A stretch of DNA of 64,000 bases from an uncultured Campylobacterales bacterium (GCA_964650175.1 CAZYTC010000007.1:484-64483); one strand, 5' to 3'; counted from the stretch's first letter, positions 18,106 to 28,399 are shown. A program made the numbers and translations. Notes: a model not told the origin generated them from the letters alone.

Positions 18106-18597
18106 ATGAGTGAAAAATTACAACAGATTATAAATAATCAACATAAATCCCTAAATGAAGATGTAAAAATCGATGAGGTGATACAGCTAGTAGGTTTCAT
18201 CGTTGGCGAAGAGGAGTTCTCGGTGCCAATTTTATCTATCCAAGAGATAATCAAACCTATTAAATGGACAAGAGTGCCACAAACTCCTAACTATATTTTG
18301 GGAGTTTTTAATCTAAGAGGTGCTGTTATACCACTAATAGATTTGCGTTCTCGCTTTAGTCTAGAGATGATAAAGCATACTGATGATACGAGGTTTATCG
18401 TTATGAAACATAATGATGAGGTGGCAGGTTTTGTTATAGATAGACTTACAGAAGCTATTAGAATGCCAAAGAAAAACATAGGACCTGCACCAGATACTAT
18501 TAGTGAAGAGGAATCGCTAATAGATGGCGTAGGTAAACAATCAGATAGAATTATCACTATCTTAAAAGTTGAAAAGCTACTAGAGAGAAATTTCTAG
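18106..18597 (+). CDS. cheW: Chemotaxis adaptor CheW
   Basis: 163 aa, a single CheW-like domain (GVFNLRGAVIPLIDLR). Confidence 0.95.
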   Translation: MSEKLQQIINNQHKSLNEDVKIDEVIQLVGFIVGEEEFSVPILSIQEIIKPIKWTRVPQTPNYILGVFNLRGAVIPLIDLRSRFSLEMIKHTDDTRFIVMKHNDEVAGFVIDRLTEAIRMPKKNIGPAPDTISEEESLIDGVGKQSDRIITILKVEKLLERNF

Positions 18598-18602
18598 CAA
18601 CT

Positions 18603-19925
18603 ATGATAAGCGAATCAGAGTATCATAGTCGCAGAGTTAAACTGCTACAAAACATCGATGAGGGGGTGTTTATCCTCTCATCAACTCCCATAAAAAACCG
18701 CTCTAACGATACAGATTATAGATATAGACAAAATAGTGATTTTTACTACCTCACAGGATTAAATGAACCGAACGCTATAGTTGTATTATCAAAAAACAGT
18801 GATGAGACTAGAAGTTATCTATTTTTAAACTCACATGATGATGATTTTGCACTATGGAATGGCGATAGTACCACAATTGAGAGTGCTGATGGTAGATTTA
18901 TGATAGATGAGTTAGTAGATATCGATAATTTTGAGAGTAAAATATCTGACATTTTAGCAAATCACACTACGCTATATATAGATTTATATGATACTTCAGA
19001 GCCTATTGTTAAATCTAAAGAGATAGCAAGCAATATGCGTCAGATGCGTGGAGTAAAAAACTATATCAGAGTGTTTATAGATGTCTTATCAATAATTAGA
19101 GAGCTGCGAGCCATAAAATCGCCCGCTGAGATAGAGCTTATTAAAAAGGCTATCGCAGTAACAGCAAATGCACATCATGAGATTATGAGGCGATGTACTC
19201 CTGAGTTATATGAGTATCAGCTTCAAGCTACATTTGAATACATCTGCAGTGATAGGGGTGCTAAAAACCAAGCCTATGAGCCGATAGTAGCAGGTGGTGA
19301 TAGTGCAAATACGCTTCATTATATAGCCAATAATCAGCGATTAGTTGATGGCGATATGGTGCTAGTTGATGCAGGGTGTGAGTATGAGTTATACTCTAGC
19401 GATATCACTCGCTCGTTTCCTGTTAATGGTAAATTCTCATCTGCACAAAAAGAGCTATATAATGCGATATTAGAGGCTCAGCTAGAGATTATAGATGCAG
19501 TAAAACCATCTATCACTAGAGCCGAGCTTCAATCACTAAGCGAGCGACTGCTCTCGCAAGCTTTGATTGATTTAGGTATTATAAATGAGAGATTGGAGAT
19601 AGTTTTAGAAAATAGACTATTCAAACGCTATTATCCTCACGGAATAGGGCACTGGATGGGGCTAGATGTTCATGACCCATGTCCATATTATGATGAAAAT
19701 GGCTCTAGTGTAACACTGCGTGAAAATATGGTGCTTACGATTGAGCCAGCACTCTATTTTAGAGCTGATGATATGAGTGTGCCTGAGCGTTTTAGAGGTA
19801 TCGGTATTAGAATAGAGGATAATATTCTAGTAACTGCAGCGGGGAGTGAAAATCTCTCATCAGCTATAGCCAAAACTACTGATGAGATAGAGGCGATTAT
19901 GGCTAGTTGTAGCTCCAGCCACTAA
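18603..19925 (+). CDS. pepP: Xaa-Pro aminopeptidase (M24B)
   Basis: 440 aa. AMP_N-type N-domain (FRQNSDFYYLTG-like) and M24 metal ligands (DGDMVLVDAG, HGIGHWMGLDVHD, EPALY). Confidence 0.9.
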   Translation: MISESEYHSRRVKLLQNIDEGVFILSSTPIKNRSNDTDYRYRQNSDFYYLTGLNEPNAIVVLSKNSDETRSYLFLNSHDDDFALWNGDSTTIESADGRFMIDELVDIDNFESKISDILANHTTLYIDLYDTSEPIVKSKEIASNMRQMRGVKNYIRVFIDVLSIIRELRAIKSPAEIELIKKAIAVTANAHHEIMRRCTPELYEYQLQATFEYICSDRGAKNQAYEPIVAGGDSANTLHYIANNQRLVDGDMVLVDAGCEYELYSSDITRSFPVNGKFSSAQKELYNAILEAQLEIIDAVKPSITRAELQSLSERLLSQALIDLGIINERLEIVLENRLFKRYYPHGIGHWMGLDVHDPCPYYDENGSSVTLRENMVLTIEPALYFRADDMSVPERFRGIGIRIEDNILVTAAGSENLSSAIAKTTDEIEAIMASCSSSH

Positions 19926-20319
19926 GCCCATCTTTGGCTTGTGGAAACTGCTCGCTATCTCCTAGAAAATCTATTAGATGCAGTTTTTTATGCGGTATCT
20001 GCATCGCTTCGTTTGGATCTATTAGGTATCGTGGCATCGGGCTCTCTTGAGCTGTAATAGCAAATGCTATAGGTGCAAGCGTGCTTAGTAGATGTGAGCT
20101 TTCGCTCACTCTTAGCTCTTGGCAAAATTTATCAAATACCGCATCTTTATACTGAGGAGGAATCTCCTCTGTGGTGTTTAAAAATATACTAAAATGTAGA
20201 GGCAACTCATTTGCCATCATCGATGGTGCGACACTAACTATATACTCTACGCCATCAAGCAGTGCATCTATTTCACTATGGTTTAGATAGCCTTTAATCT
20301 CTATAGATTTTACCTGCAT
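19903..20319 (-). CDS. Hypothetical protein (orphan, no recognised motif)
   Basis: 138-aa ORF. Its 3' end overlaps the pepP 3' end by 23 nt. It begins 1 nt after the stop of ORF 20321-20794. Confidence 0.45.
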   Translation of the reverse strand: MQVKSIEIKGYLNHSEIDALLDGVEYIVSVAPSMMANELPLHFSIFLNTTEEIPPQYKDAVFDKFCQELRVSESSHLLSTLAPIAFAITAQESPMPRYLIDPNEAMQIPHKKLHLIDFLGDSEQFPQAKDGLSGWSYN

Positions 20320-20320
20320 A

Positions 20321-20794
20321 TCAATCCTTTAAAACTCTCTCTAGTAGCGATGCCATACCGATATGTAGATTGTAGTTTGAGACTGGAAAATCGACCATCT
20401 CATTTGTTAAATCTACACTGTAGCTACTGAGATATTTTCCTAGTGTCTCTAAATCTATCGGCTTATATCCATCTGCAGTAAACTTGAGTTTTAGTAGCTC
20501 ATTTGCATCGTTGCTTTTAGCTAGCGTAAATGCCAAGCCTCTCAAGCTCATTAAATCGCACCATCTTAGCAGTAACTCGGCATCTAGAGCCTCTTTGTGA
20601 TTGCCCTCTGGATCAAATAGTAGCTTTTGCTCTCTCAGTGGTATTAGTACGCTTAAAATCGCCTCTACTAGCAGTGGCGTTTTTTGTTTCCAAAATGGAG
20701 CATCATCGGTGCGTTCAATCGCTGCTTTAATCGCACTAACTATAGAGACGGAATCTTTTGTCGCTAAAAGTGCTGATATGGGTTTAAGTATCAT
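20321..20794 (-). CDS. Hypothetical protein (helical, no recognised motif)
   Basis: 157-aa ORF, first gene of a two-gene minus-strand unit divergent from the DUF445 gene. Confidence 0.5.
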   Translation of the reverse strand: MILKPISALLATKDSVSIVSAIKAAIERTDDAPFWKQKTPLLVEAILSVLIPLREQKLLFDPEGNHKEALDAELLLRWCDLMSLRGLAFTLAKSNDANELLKLKFTADGYKPIDLETLGKYLSSYSVDLTNEMVDFPVSNYNLHIGMASLLERVLKD

Positions 20795-20865
20795 AGATTT
20801 ACCTAATTTTTGTATAACTTTAACTATATTTGTATAATTTATAGCTAAATTTTAGGAGTAGTTTT

Positions 20866-21564
20866 GTGGATAAAGGGTATTTGACAAATTTTTGTGCGGC
20901 TGCTGTGGTGGGTGGCTCATATTTGGTTGATGGTGAGATAGGCTCAATTATGCGTAGCAGTGGGCTGTTTGCACTCTCTGGTGCTATCACTAATCAGCTA
21001 GCTATCCATATGCTATTTGAGAGAGTGCCGTTTTTGTATGGCTCTGGGATAATACTTGATAAATTTGAGGATTTGAAACTCTCTATTAGGGATTTGATGA
21101 TGGAGCAGTTTTTCACATCTAGCAAAATAGAGCAGTTTATCACTTCAAATAAAAACGAGCTAGATATATCACCCATTATCGAAACAACTGATTTCACCCC
21201 CGCATATGATGCACTTGTAGATACTATAATGGGCTCTAGTTTTGGTGGTATGCTTGGGATGTTTGGAGGTGAGGCTATTATATCAAAGCTAAAGGAGCCA
21301 TTTTTGGATAAGCTAAAAGCCTCCACTATAGAGATAGCTAGCAGTGATAGCTTCAAGAGCTCTCTAGAGCTACATCTAGGCTCTAAAAGCGATGATTTGG
21401 TAGAGAGAATCGAATCTATCGTCGATGAGAGATTAGATGAGCTCACTCCTGTGATGGTAAAAGAGATGATTCATAATATTATAAAAGAGCATCTAGGGTG
21501 GCTTGTGGTGTGGGGTGGAGTCTTTGGAGGGCTTATAGGATTTGTTAGCTATTTTATCATCTAA
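20866..21564 (+). CDS. DUF445-family membrane protein
   Basis: 232 aa with a C-terminal ...EHLGWLVVWGGVFGGLIGFVSY characteristic of DUF445. Confidence 0.65.
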   Translation: MDKGYLTNFCAAAVVGGSYLVDGEIGSIMRSSGLFALSGAITNQLAIHMLFERVPFLYGSGIILDKFEDLKLSIRDLMMEQFFTSSKIEQFITSNKNELDISPIIETTDFTPAYDALVDTIMGSSFGGMLGMFGGEAIISKLKEPFLDKLKASTIEIASSDSFKSSLELHLGSKSDDLVERIESIVDERLDELTPVMVKEMIHNIIKEHLGWLVVWGGVFGGLIGFVSYFII

Positions 21565-21582
21565 ATGATTTTATATAAAAGA

Positions 21583-21603
21583 CTTGACATTAATCGACTC
21601 AAG
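21583..21603. promoter_or_regulatory. HspR operator (HAIR)-like inverted repeat upstream of clpB
   Basis: CTTGACA-N7-ACTCAAG versus the HAIR consensus CTTGAGT-N7-ACTCAAG. It is immediately followed by TATATAAT, about 35 nt upstream of the clpB ATG. Confidence 0.45.
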
Positions 21604-21641
21604 TTATATAATTATATCAACTAAACAATAAAGGATTAGAT

Positions 21642-24218
21642 ATGTCAAACATTTTTGAAAAATTAACACACCAAATGTCACAAATGATAGAGTCATCAGT
21701 TTCACTAGCACTACATAGTAAAAATAGTGAAGTAGAGCCAGTGCACTTTTTATGGGCACTACTAGCAAACTCTAATTCGCCTCTAAATCAGATGCTAAAT
21801 AAGATGGGGGTAGATAAAACCGCCATAGAGCTAGAGGCAAAAAGTAGTGCCGAGAAACTACCAAAAGTATCATCAATCACAAAAGAGTCAATGAGGCTCT
21901 CAAAAAATTTTGCAGATGCACTAGAGCGAGGTGCGGGGCAGATGATACAAAGTGGCGATAGTTTTTTAGCGATAGATACATTTATTATCGCAAATCTATC
22001 TATACCGCCATTTAGTGATATTTTGGCTAAATATATAGATATTTCAGAGCTTAAAAAAGAGTTTGAATCATCTCGCGCGGGAGCTAAAATAGAGTCTCAA
22101 AGTACAGATGAGAATCTAGAGGCACTAACAAAATATGGTATCGATTTAACGACACTTGCTAGTGAGGGTAAGCTGCCACCTGTGATAGGTAGGGATGAAG
22201 AGATATCTCGCACCATGCAGATTTTAATAAGAAAAACTAAAAATAATCCAATACTGCTAGGTGAACCGGGGGTGGGCAAGACGGCTCTTGTAGAGGGGCT
22301 AGCACAGCGAATTTATAATAAAGAAGTACCGCTATCGCTACAAAACAAGCGAGTAATAGCACTCGATATGTCCGCACTTATCGCAGGGGCAAAATATAGA
22401 GGAGAGTTTGAAGATAGGCTAAAGGCAGTCATCGATGAGGTGAGAAAATCGGCAAATATTATACTATTTATCGATGAGATACACACTATCGTGGGTGCTG
22501 GAGCATCAGAGGGGTCGATGGATGCAGCAAATATCCTAAAGCCAGCTCTAGCTCGTGGAGAGCTACACACCATAGGGGCGACGACGCTAAAAGAGTATCG
22601 CAAATATTTTGAAAAAGATGCAGCACTAGAGCGACGATTTCAGCCTGTGCATGTGGAGGAGCCATCTATTAATGAGTCACTGCAGATTTTACGAGGGATA
22701 AAAGAGCGTCTAGAGGTTCACCATAATGTTACGATAACAGATTCAGCACTTATCTCTGCAGCAAAGCTATCACAGCGATATATAAATGATAGATTTTTAC
22801 CAGATAAAGCAATTGATTTAATCGATGAGGCAGCTGCGGAGCTAAAGATGCAGATAGAGTCAGAACCTCACGCACTCTCGGCTATAAAGAGGCTTCAAAC
22901 TCAGCTACATGTAGAAAAAGAGGCTCTAAAGATGGAAGAATCCGCAGCCAATACTAAACGGTTAGAGGAGATAGAAAAAGAGCTAGCAGACGCTGATGAG
23001 GAGCGACGAGCACTAGAGAGTCAGTTTAACCATGAAAAAGAGGTTTTTAATAAAATTTCTGCCATAAAAATAGAGATTGAGCAGAAGAAAAAAGAGGCTG
23101 AGGGTGCAAAAAGCTCTGCTGATTTTAACAAAGCCGCAGAGATAGAGTATGGCGTTATCCCAAAACTATATGAGGATGAAGCATCGCTAAATGAGCAGTG
23201 GAAGATGATGCAAGAGAGCGGAACGCTACTAAAAAATAGCGTCGATGAGGCATCTATCGCTAGTATCGTCAGCAGATGGACTAAAATCCCAGTAAACAAG
23301 ATGCTACAAAGTGAAAAAGAGAAGATATTGCATATCAAAGATGAGTTAGATCGTGAGGTAGTGGGTCAAGAGAGAGCAACTTTTGCAATCTCTAGAGCGA
23401 TAAAACGAAACAAAGCAGGGCTGAGCGATGGCACTAGACCGATAGGCTCATTTTTGTTTCTAGGGCCAACAGGTGTGGGTAAAACTCAAACAGCTAAAAC
23501 ACTAGCAAAATTTCTATTTGATAGTAGTGAGGCGATGATTAGAATCGATATGAGTGAATATATGGAAAAACACTCAGTCTCACGGCTCGTTGGTGCAGCC
23601 CCTGGATATGTGGGGTATGAAGAGGGTGGTCAGCTAACAGAGGCGGTAAGACGCAAGCCATATAGCGTAGTGCTATTTGATGAGGTAGAAAAAGCCCATA
23701 GTGATGTATTTAATATACTGCTTCAGGTGCTAGATGATGGCAGACTTACCGACAACAAAGGTGTTGTGGTAGATTTTACAAATACGATTATCATATTAAC
23801 CTCAAATATCGCAAGTGATAAGATTATGGCAAATGCAGGTAGTGAAAATATAGATTCGCTAGTTTTAGAAGATTTAAAACACTACTTTAGACCAGAGTTT
23901 TTAAATAGATTAGATGATATGGTGGTATTTAATCCGCTAGGCGAGGGTGAGATAGAGAAGATTGTAGAGCTATTTTTTAGTGAGATTGCCCAAAAGGTAG
24001 CCGAGCGAGAGATGAGCCTAGAGCTAACAGATGCGGCTAAAAAATATATCGCAGAGGCTGGATTTGATCCAGTTTATGGGGCTAGACCGCTAAAGCGAGC
24101 ACTATATGAGATAGTAGAAGATAGACTAGCTGATATGATACTAGGTGGTGAGATAGTAGATGGCTCTAGTGTTACTTTTGATATAGTTGATGGTGAAATT
24201 GTGGTAAATGTGGCATAA
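21642..24218 (+). CDS. clpB: AAA+ disaggregase ClpB
   Basis: 858 aa. Two Walker A motifs ([16 protein letters not shown]) with a middle coiled-coil domain. Confidence 0.98.
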   Translation: MSNIFEKLTHQMSQMIESSVSLALHSKNSEVEPVHFLWALLANSNSPLNQMLNKMGVDKTAIELEAKSSAEKLPKVSSITKESMRLSKNFADALERGAGQMIQSGDSFLAIDTFIIANLSIPPFSDILAKYIDISELKKEFESSRAGAKIESQSTDENLEALTKYGIDLTTLASEGKLPPVIGRDEEISRTMQILIRKTKNNPILLGEPGVGKTALVEGLAQRIYNKEVPLSLQNKRVIALDMSALIAGAKYRGEFEDRLKAVIDEVRKSANIILFIDEIHTIVGAGASEGSMDAANILKPALARGELHTIGATTLKEYRKYFEKDAALERRFQPVHVEEPSINESLQILRGIKERLEVHHNVTITDSALISAAKLSQRYINDRFLPDKAIDLIDEAAAELKMQIESEPHALSAIKRLQTQLHVEKEALKMEESAANTKRLEEIEKELADADEERRALESQFNHEKEVFNKISAIKIEIEQKKKEAEGAKSSADFNKAAEIEYGVIPKLYEDEASLNEQWKMMQESGTLLKNSVDEASIASIVSRWTKIPVNKMLQSEKEKILHIKDELDREVVGQERATFAISRAIKRNKAGLSDGTRPIGSFLFLGPTGVGKTQTAKTLAKFLFDSSEAMIRIDMSEYMEKHSVSRLVGAAPGYVGYEEGGQLTEAVRRKPYSVVLFDEVEKAHSDVFNILLQVLDDGRLTDNKGVVVDFTNTIIILTSNIASDKIMANAGSENIDSLVLEDLKHYFRPEFLNRLDDMVVFNPLGEGEIEKIVELFFSEIAQKVAEREMSLELTDAAKKYIAEAGFDPVYGARPLKRALYEIVEDRLADMILGGEIVDGSSVTFDIVDGEIVVNVA

Positions 24219-24225
24219 TTTCATT

Positions 24226-24576
24226 ATGAGAATATTTACGATTTTACTACTAATATATAGTATTAGCTTTGGGTGCACGGGTGATTGTATGACCTGCCAT
24301 CCAGTGTTAGCTAAAAATATAGAGAATGATGAGAGACATAAAAGTATGCTTGGATGCATAAATTGTCACGCCTCAAACCCTGATAGTATGGCAGAATGTG
24401 GAAGCGATTGCTACTCTTGCCATCCTGTCTCAAAGATGGAGGCAACAGGTGTAGCTGAGCATATGGTTATTAGAGAGTGTCGTGATTGTCATATGAAGAT
24501 GCAGATAGATTTAAATATCGCTACCCCTACTGGACAATCTTCTATGCCTAGCCTGCGAGATTTTCTGTCGCAGTAG
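24226..24576 (+). CDS. Small tetrahaem c-type cytochrome, probable lipoprotein
   Basis: Four CXXCH motifs (CMTCH, CINCH, CYSCH, CRDCH) in about 116 aa. Signal peptide with lipobox SFGC. The track start at 24208 overlaps clpB, so Met-7 is preferred. Confidence 0.7.
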   Translation: MRIFTILLLIYSISFGCTGDCMTCHPVLAKNIENDERHKSMLGCINCHASNPDSMAECGSDCYSCHPVSKMEATGVAEHMVIRECRDCHMKMQIDLNIATPTGQSSMPSLRDFLSQ

Positions 24577-24580
24577 GCTA

Positions 24581-25105
24581 TTACGCGTAGATAGCTTTTT
24601 GTTGCTCCTCAAAGCTTTTGAGAATCTTCTCAAGTAGTTTTTGAGCCTCTTCTATCATCTTTTCGTTTATATCTACTTTTTGTATAGCGTTATCAAATAG
24701 ATCTACTACACTTTTTTGTGCCAGTGTTTTTAGCGAATCTTGTGATTTTGTATATGGACCAAATATGTCTGCAATATTGTGTGCTAGCATACTTATAGGT
24801 GAGTTTTGATTCCCTTGCTCTAGATTTTTCATAAAATTATCTATATATGGTTGAGCAATTTTCATAAGCTCCTCTATCTCTTTTTTGTCATTCTCATCTA
24901 TGCCGTTTTCTGTTTCGATTTTAAACGAGAAAGCTTGCAGTGAAGAGAAGCTAAAGCTACTAGCAGAGCCATTTGCATTTTTGGCACTTGCCATGGAGAG
25001 GTTGCTCTCATTTTTAAAGTTTAAATCGATTTTGTCGCCTGTGCTAGTTCTCATAGAGATAGCTAAATCGTGAGATTTATAAGCATTTAGTGCAGAAGAA
25101 ACCAT
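24581..25105 (-). CDS. Hypothetical protein
   Basis: 174-aa ORF with a Ser/Asn-rich N-half and a helical acidic C-half. No recognised motif. Confidence 0.5.
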   Translation of the reverse strand: MVSSALNAYKSHDLAISMRTSTGDKIDLNFKNESNLSMASAKNANGSASSFSFSSLQAFSFKIETENGIDENDKKEIEELMKIAQPYIDNFMKNLEQGNQNSPISMLAHNIADIFGPYTKSQDSLKTLAQKSVVDLFDNAIQKVDINEKMIEEAQKLLEKILKSFEEQQKAIYA

Positions 25106-25254
25106 AATGTAACCTTTGAGTTTTTAAATCATTAATATATAGCTATATCGGCACATTTTGAGATAGTTTTAGCTAAACTTTTATAAAACTTAACCCATCT
25201 TTAAGTAAGAATCCTCTATTATTGCGTGCTAAAAATTTCAAAAGGGATATGGTT

Positions 25255-25389
25255 ATGAAAAGAACATACCAACCGCATAATACGCCACGCAAAAGAACAC
25301 ACGGTTTTCGTGCTAGAATGGCAACTAAGAACGGTCGTAAAATAATCAATGCTAGAAGAGCAAAAGGTAGAAAACGATTGTCTGTGTAA
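25255..25389 (+). CDS. rpmH: 50S ribosomal protein L34
   Basis: Not in the ORF track (44 aa). Translates to [44 protein letters not shown]. Confidence 0.97.
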   Translation: MKRTYQPHNTPRKRTHGFRARMATKNGRKIINARRAKGRKRLSV

Positions 25390-25391
25390 AT

Positions 25392-25730
25392 GGTTTTGAT
25401 ACTCTAAAACTCCATAGTGAGTTTAGTAGAGTCTATCAAAAAGGTAAAAATGCCCACTCAGTTAGTATAGCACTCTTTTATCTGCCTCTAAAGGCTCAAA
25501 AAAGAGTAGGATATACAGCTAGCAAAAAGGTGGGAAACGCCGTAGTGAGAAATCACTGCAAAAGACGCCTAAGAGCTCTCTTTAGAGAGTATAGCCCAAA
25601 ACTACCAGATGGTTGGTATGTTTTTGTAGCTAAAAGGGGTCTGTTTGATAATAATTTTGATGAAATCAGACGCGATTTTAACTATGTTTTAAGAAAAACA
25701 GGAGCTGTGGTGGGAGCTAGTAGTGATTAG
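25392..25730 (+). CDS. rnpA: RNase P protein component (start codon unresolved)
   Basis: The frame reads GFDTLKLHSEFSRVYQKGK...VGYTASKKVGNAVVRNHCKRRLR (RnpA signature). The first canonical in-frame start is GTG at 25530, well inside the conserved region. Confidence 0.8.
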   Translation, partial: GFDTLKLHSEFSRVYQKGKNAHSVSIALFYLPLKAQKRVGYTASKKVGNAVVRNHCKRRLRALFREYSPKLPDGWYVFVAKRGLFDNNFDEIRRDFNYVLRKTGAVVGASSD

Positions 25731-26046
25731 AGCTTTCTTTCTTAAGCTTTTGTGGTTATATAGACACTCATTCTCTTTGGTAACACGAGGCTCGTGTCGC
25801 CACTACCCATCGTGCTCAGAGTTTGCCTTATGGCAGTTTGAGCAAAATAGACTCTCTGTTGCTTTTTTATCTACATTTTTAAGAATATTGCGTTGTAATC
25901 AACTGTTTCGCGGTGGAATAGATTATCCAATCATAAAAAAACCACAGCTCAAACCAGAAAATCTTAACATTAATAGGGTAAAATACTGGTTCGTTCCATA
26001 TAAGCAGAACTATTTTTTGATTAAAAATTTTTACTATAAAGGTTAA
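25723..26046 (+). CDS. yidD: Membrane protein insertion efficiency factor YidD
   Basis: 107 aa with CRHYPSCSEFALWQF...RILRCNQLFRGGIDYP. Confidence 0.9.
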   Translation: MIRAFFLKLLWLYRHSFSLVTRGSCRHYPSCSEFALWQFEQNRLSVAFLSTFLRILRCNQLFRGGIDYPIIKKPQLKPENLNINRVKYWFVPYKQNYFLIKNFYYKG

Positions 26047-26048
26047 TT

Positions 26049-27626
26049 GTGCTAGAAAAAATGACACCAAACCAACGACTGATGGTAGCTGTTGCAGTTA
26101 CTATACTATTTTTTATAGGCTATACCGCCATAATTCCCCCGCAACCAGAGATAGCAGAGCAAAACACATCAGTAGCTATAGAGCGTAGTGTTAGTAGTAG
26201 TGAAGTAGAAACTAGCTCTAGTGATATAGCAAGCGAGATGCCAGCTATTAAAACAACTAGTACAGATTTGCTAACAACGATATCATCAAAAGATTTCGTC
26301 TTAAAGGTCGATACACTAGGGCGTATCTCATCTGTTGTACTAAATAGTGAAAAACATTTTAATAAAAATGGCAAAAAATCAGAGCTAATATCATCTGAGG
26401 GTGCAAAACCACTACAGATTAAGTTTGCAGATGATGAGTTAAATACTCTGGCGTCTAAAACACCATATACAACCACAAAAGAGGGCATCACTCTAGGTGA
26501 AAATGGCAAAGGCACTGTAGTTTTAACACAAAACTTACCAGATTTAGTAGTTACAAAAAAGGTAACTTTTTATAGTGATGGTCACTATGATGTAGATATC
26601 TCTCTATCGCAAGAGAAAAAATATTCGCTCTATCTAGGTCAGCACGCTAGCGTGGCAGAACAGATGATGACTGTGGCGGGCGCTATGGTCTATCATGGCG
26701 ATGATAAGTTTGATATCTTTGAAGATGGCGATGTAGATGGTAGATCTATTTTTAGTGGCGTTCACTTGGTTTCATCGTTTGATCAATACTATGCGACGAT
26801 ATTTTATGGTCTAAATAGAGATTATCAAATCTACATAGATAGAGATAACAATAGCAATGCTATAGCATATCTAGAGGGGCACAAAAATCTAAAACTAAAT
26901 GGTTTTATCGGGCCAAAAGAGTATAAAAATCTAAAATCAATAGACCCAGTATTGGTAAATGCAATAGAGTTTGGATGGTTTACATTTGTAGCAAATCCGA
27001 TTTTTAAAGTGCTATTATGGCTACATGGTATGATTGGTAACTGGGGTTGGGCTATTGTGGCACTAACTATTTTGATTAGAATAGTGCTCTATCCACTAAC
27101 TCACAAGGGTATGGTCTCTATGCAAAAAATCAAAGAGATTGCCCCTCGTATAAAAGAGCTTCAAGAAAAACACAAAGGCGATCCAGCACGAATGAACGCT
27201 ACTGTGATGGAGATGTATAAAAAGCATGGTGCAAACCCACTTGGCGGATGTCTACCGTTATTGCTACAAATCCCTGTATTTTTTGCGATTTATCGTGTGC
27301 TATTAAATGCGGTTGAGCTACAAGGTGCTCCTTGGATATTGTGGGTAAATGATCTCTCTAGAATGGATCCATATTTTATACTACCACTGCTAATGGGTGC
27401 GACAATGTATTATCAACAACGCATCACACCGAGTAATTTTACAGACCCACTGCAAGAGAAAATTTTTAAATTCTTGCCTGTGATATTTACATTTTTCTTT
27501 ATCACATTTCCAGCAGGGCTTGTGCTATATTGGTTTGTAAATAACCTATTTTCTATAATGCAACAATATCTAGTAAATAAGCAGTTTGAGGCAGCTAGAG
27601 CAGCTAGGGCGGAGCAAAAAGAATGA
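26049..27626 (+). CDS. yidC: Membrane protein insertase YidC
   Basis: 525 aa. N-terminal TM, periplasmic domain, and a 60-kDa insertase core (GWAIVALTILIRIVLYPL...GCLPLLLQIPVFFA). Confidence 0.95.
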   Translation: MLEKMTPNQRLMVAVAVTILFFIGYTAIIPPQPEIAEQNTSVAIERSVSSSEVETSSSDIASEMPAIKTTSTDLLTTISSKDFVLKVDTLGRISSVVLNSEKHFNKNGKKSELISSEGAKPLQIKFADDELNTLASKTPYTTTKEGITLGENGKGTVVLTQNLPDLVVTKKVTFYSDGHYDVDISLSQEKKYSLYLGQHASVAEQMMTVAGAMVYHGDDKFDIFEDGDVDGRSIFSGVHLVSSFDQYYATIFYGLNRDYQIYIDRDNNSNAIAYLEGHKNLKLNGFIGPKEYKNLKSIDPVLVNAIEFGWFTFVANPIFKVLLWLHGMIGNWGWAIVALTILIRIVLYPLTHKGMVSMQKIKEIAPRIKELQEKHKGDPARMNATVMEMYKKHGANPLGGCLPLLLQIPVFFAIYRVLLNAVELQGAPWILWVNDLSRMDPYFILPLLMGATMYYQQRITPSNFTDPLQEKIFKFLPVIFTFFFITFPAGLVLYWFVNNLFSIMQQYLVNKQFEAARAARAEQKE

Positions 27627-28399
27627 AAAAGATAGAAGCAACAACTCTAGAAGAGGCGTACTCAAAAGCATCGACAGAGCTTGGTTGTTCTGTAAGCCAG
27701 CTAGAGGTAGAGGTTATACAATACCCTACAAAAGGGATACTAGGACTATTTAAAAAGCCAGCGATTATAGTTGCTACAGCTAAAAATGCTCCAGCAGTAA
27801 AAGAGAAAGAGCAACCTATCTATAAGCATGAAGAGCCAGATGAAGTTGATAGTTATGAGTTAGAGTTAGATGATAAATATTATGAGCAAAAAGATGACTA
27901 TGTAGATGAAGATGGCGAGTTTTATGATTTGACGACTGAGCAGTGTGCAGCAGAGGTAAAAGAAAAAATCAATGAGCTATTTAAATCAATCTGCTATAAC
28001 ATAGATGAGATTGATGTAAAAGTTTATGATGATAATACGCTACTCGTAGAGTTTAGCGGTGCTGATAGTGCACTGATGATAGGAAAAGAGGGATATAGAT
28101 ATAAGGCTCTTTCGTATATGCTCTATAATTGGGTGAGTGCAGAGTATGGAATGCAACTGCGTCTAGAGATTGCAGAGTTTTTGAAAAACCAAGAGGAGTC
28201 AATCTCTAGGTATCTAATCAGCGTTTGTGAGAGTGTTGATATGGATGGTAGAGCTCAGACAAAAGTGCTTGATGGCGTGCTCGTACAGATAGCACTGCGT
28301 CAGCTACGCGATAGATATCCAGATAAATATGTAGCTATACGCTCCACATATGATGGTGGTAAATTTATCATCATCAATAGCTATCACGAATTTAGATGA
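27623..28399 (+). CDS. jag: Jag/KhpB-family RNA-binding protein
   Basis: 258 aa. Jag_N-like start (IEATTLEEAYSKASTELG), a KH/R3H-like C-half, and the conserved position between yidC and mnmE. Confidence 0.75.
   Translation: MKKIEATTLEEAYSKASTELGCSVSQLEVEVIQYPTKGILGLFKKPAIIVATAKNAPAVKEKEQPIYKHEEPDEVDSYELELDDKYYEQKDDYVDEDGEFYDLTTEQCAAEVKEKINELFKSICYNIDEIDVKVYDDNTLLVEFSGADSALMIGKEGYRYKALSYMLYNWVSAEYGMQLRLEIAEFLKNQEESISRYLISVCESVDMDGRAQTKVLDGVLVQIALRQLRDRYPDKYVAIRSTYDGGKFIIINSYHEFR

Noticed and set aside
25106-25254. Possible oriC next to rpmH-rnpA-yidC, where it lies in many bacteria.
   Set aside because: No dnaA gene and no DnaA-box cluster are present. In epsilonproteobacteria the origin is not normally at this locus.
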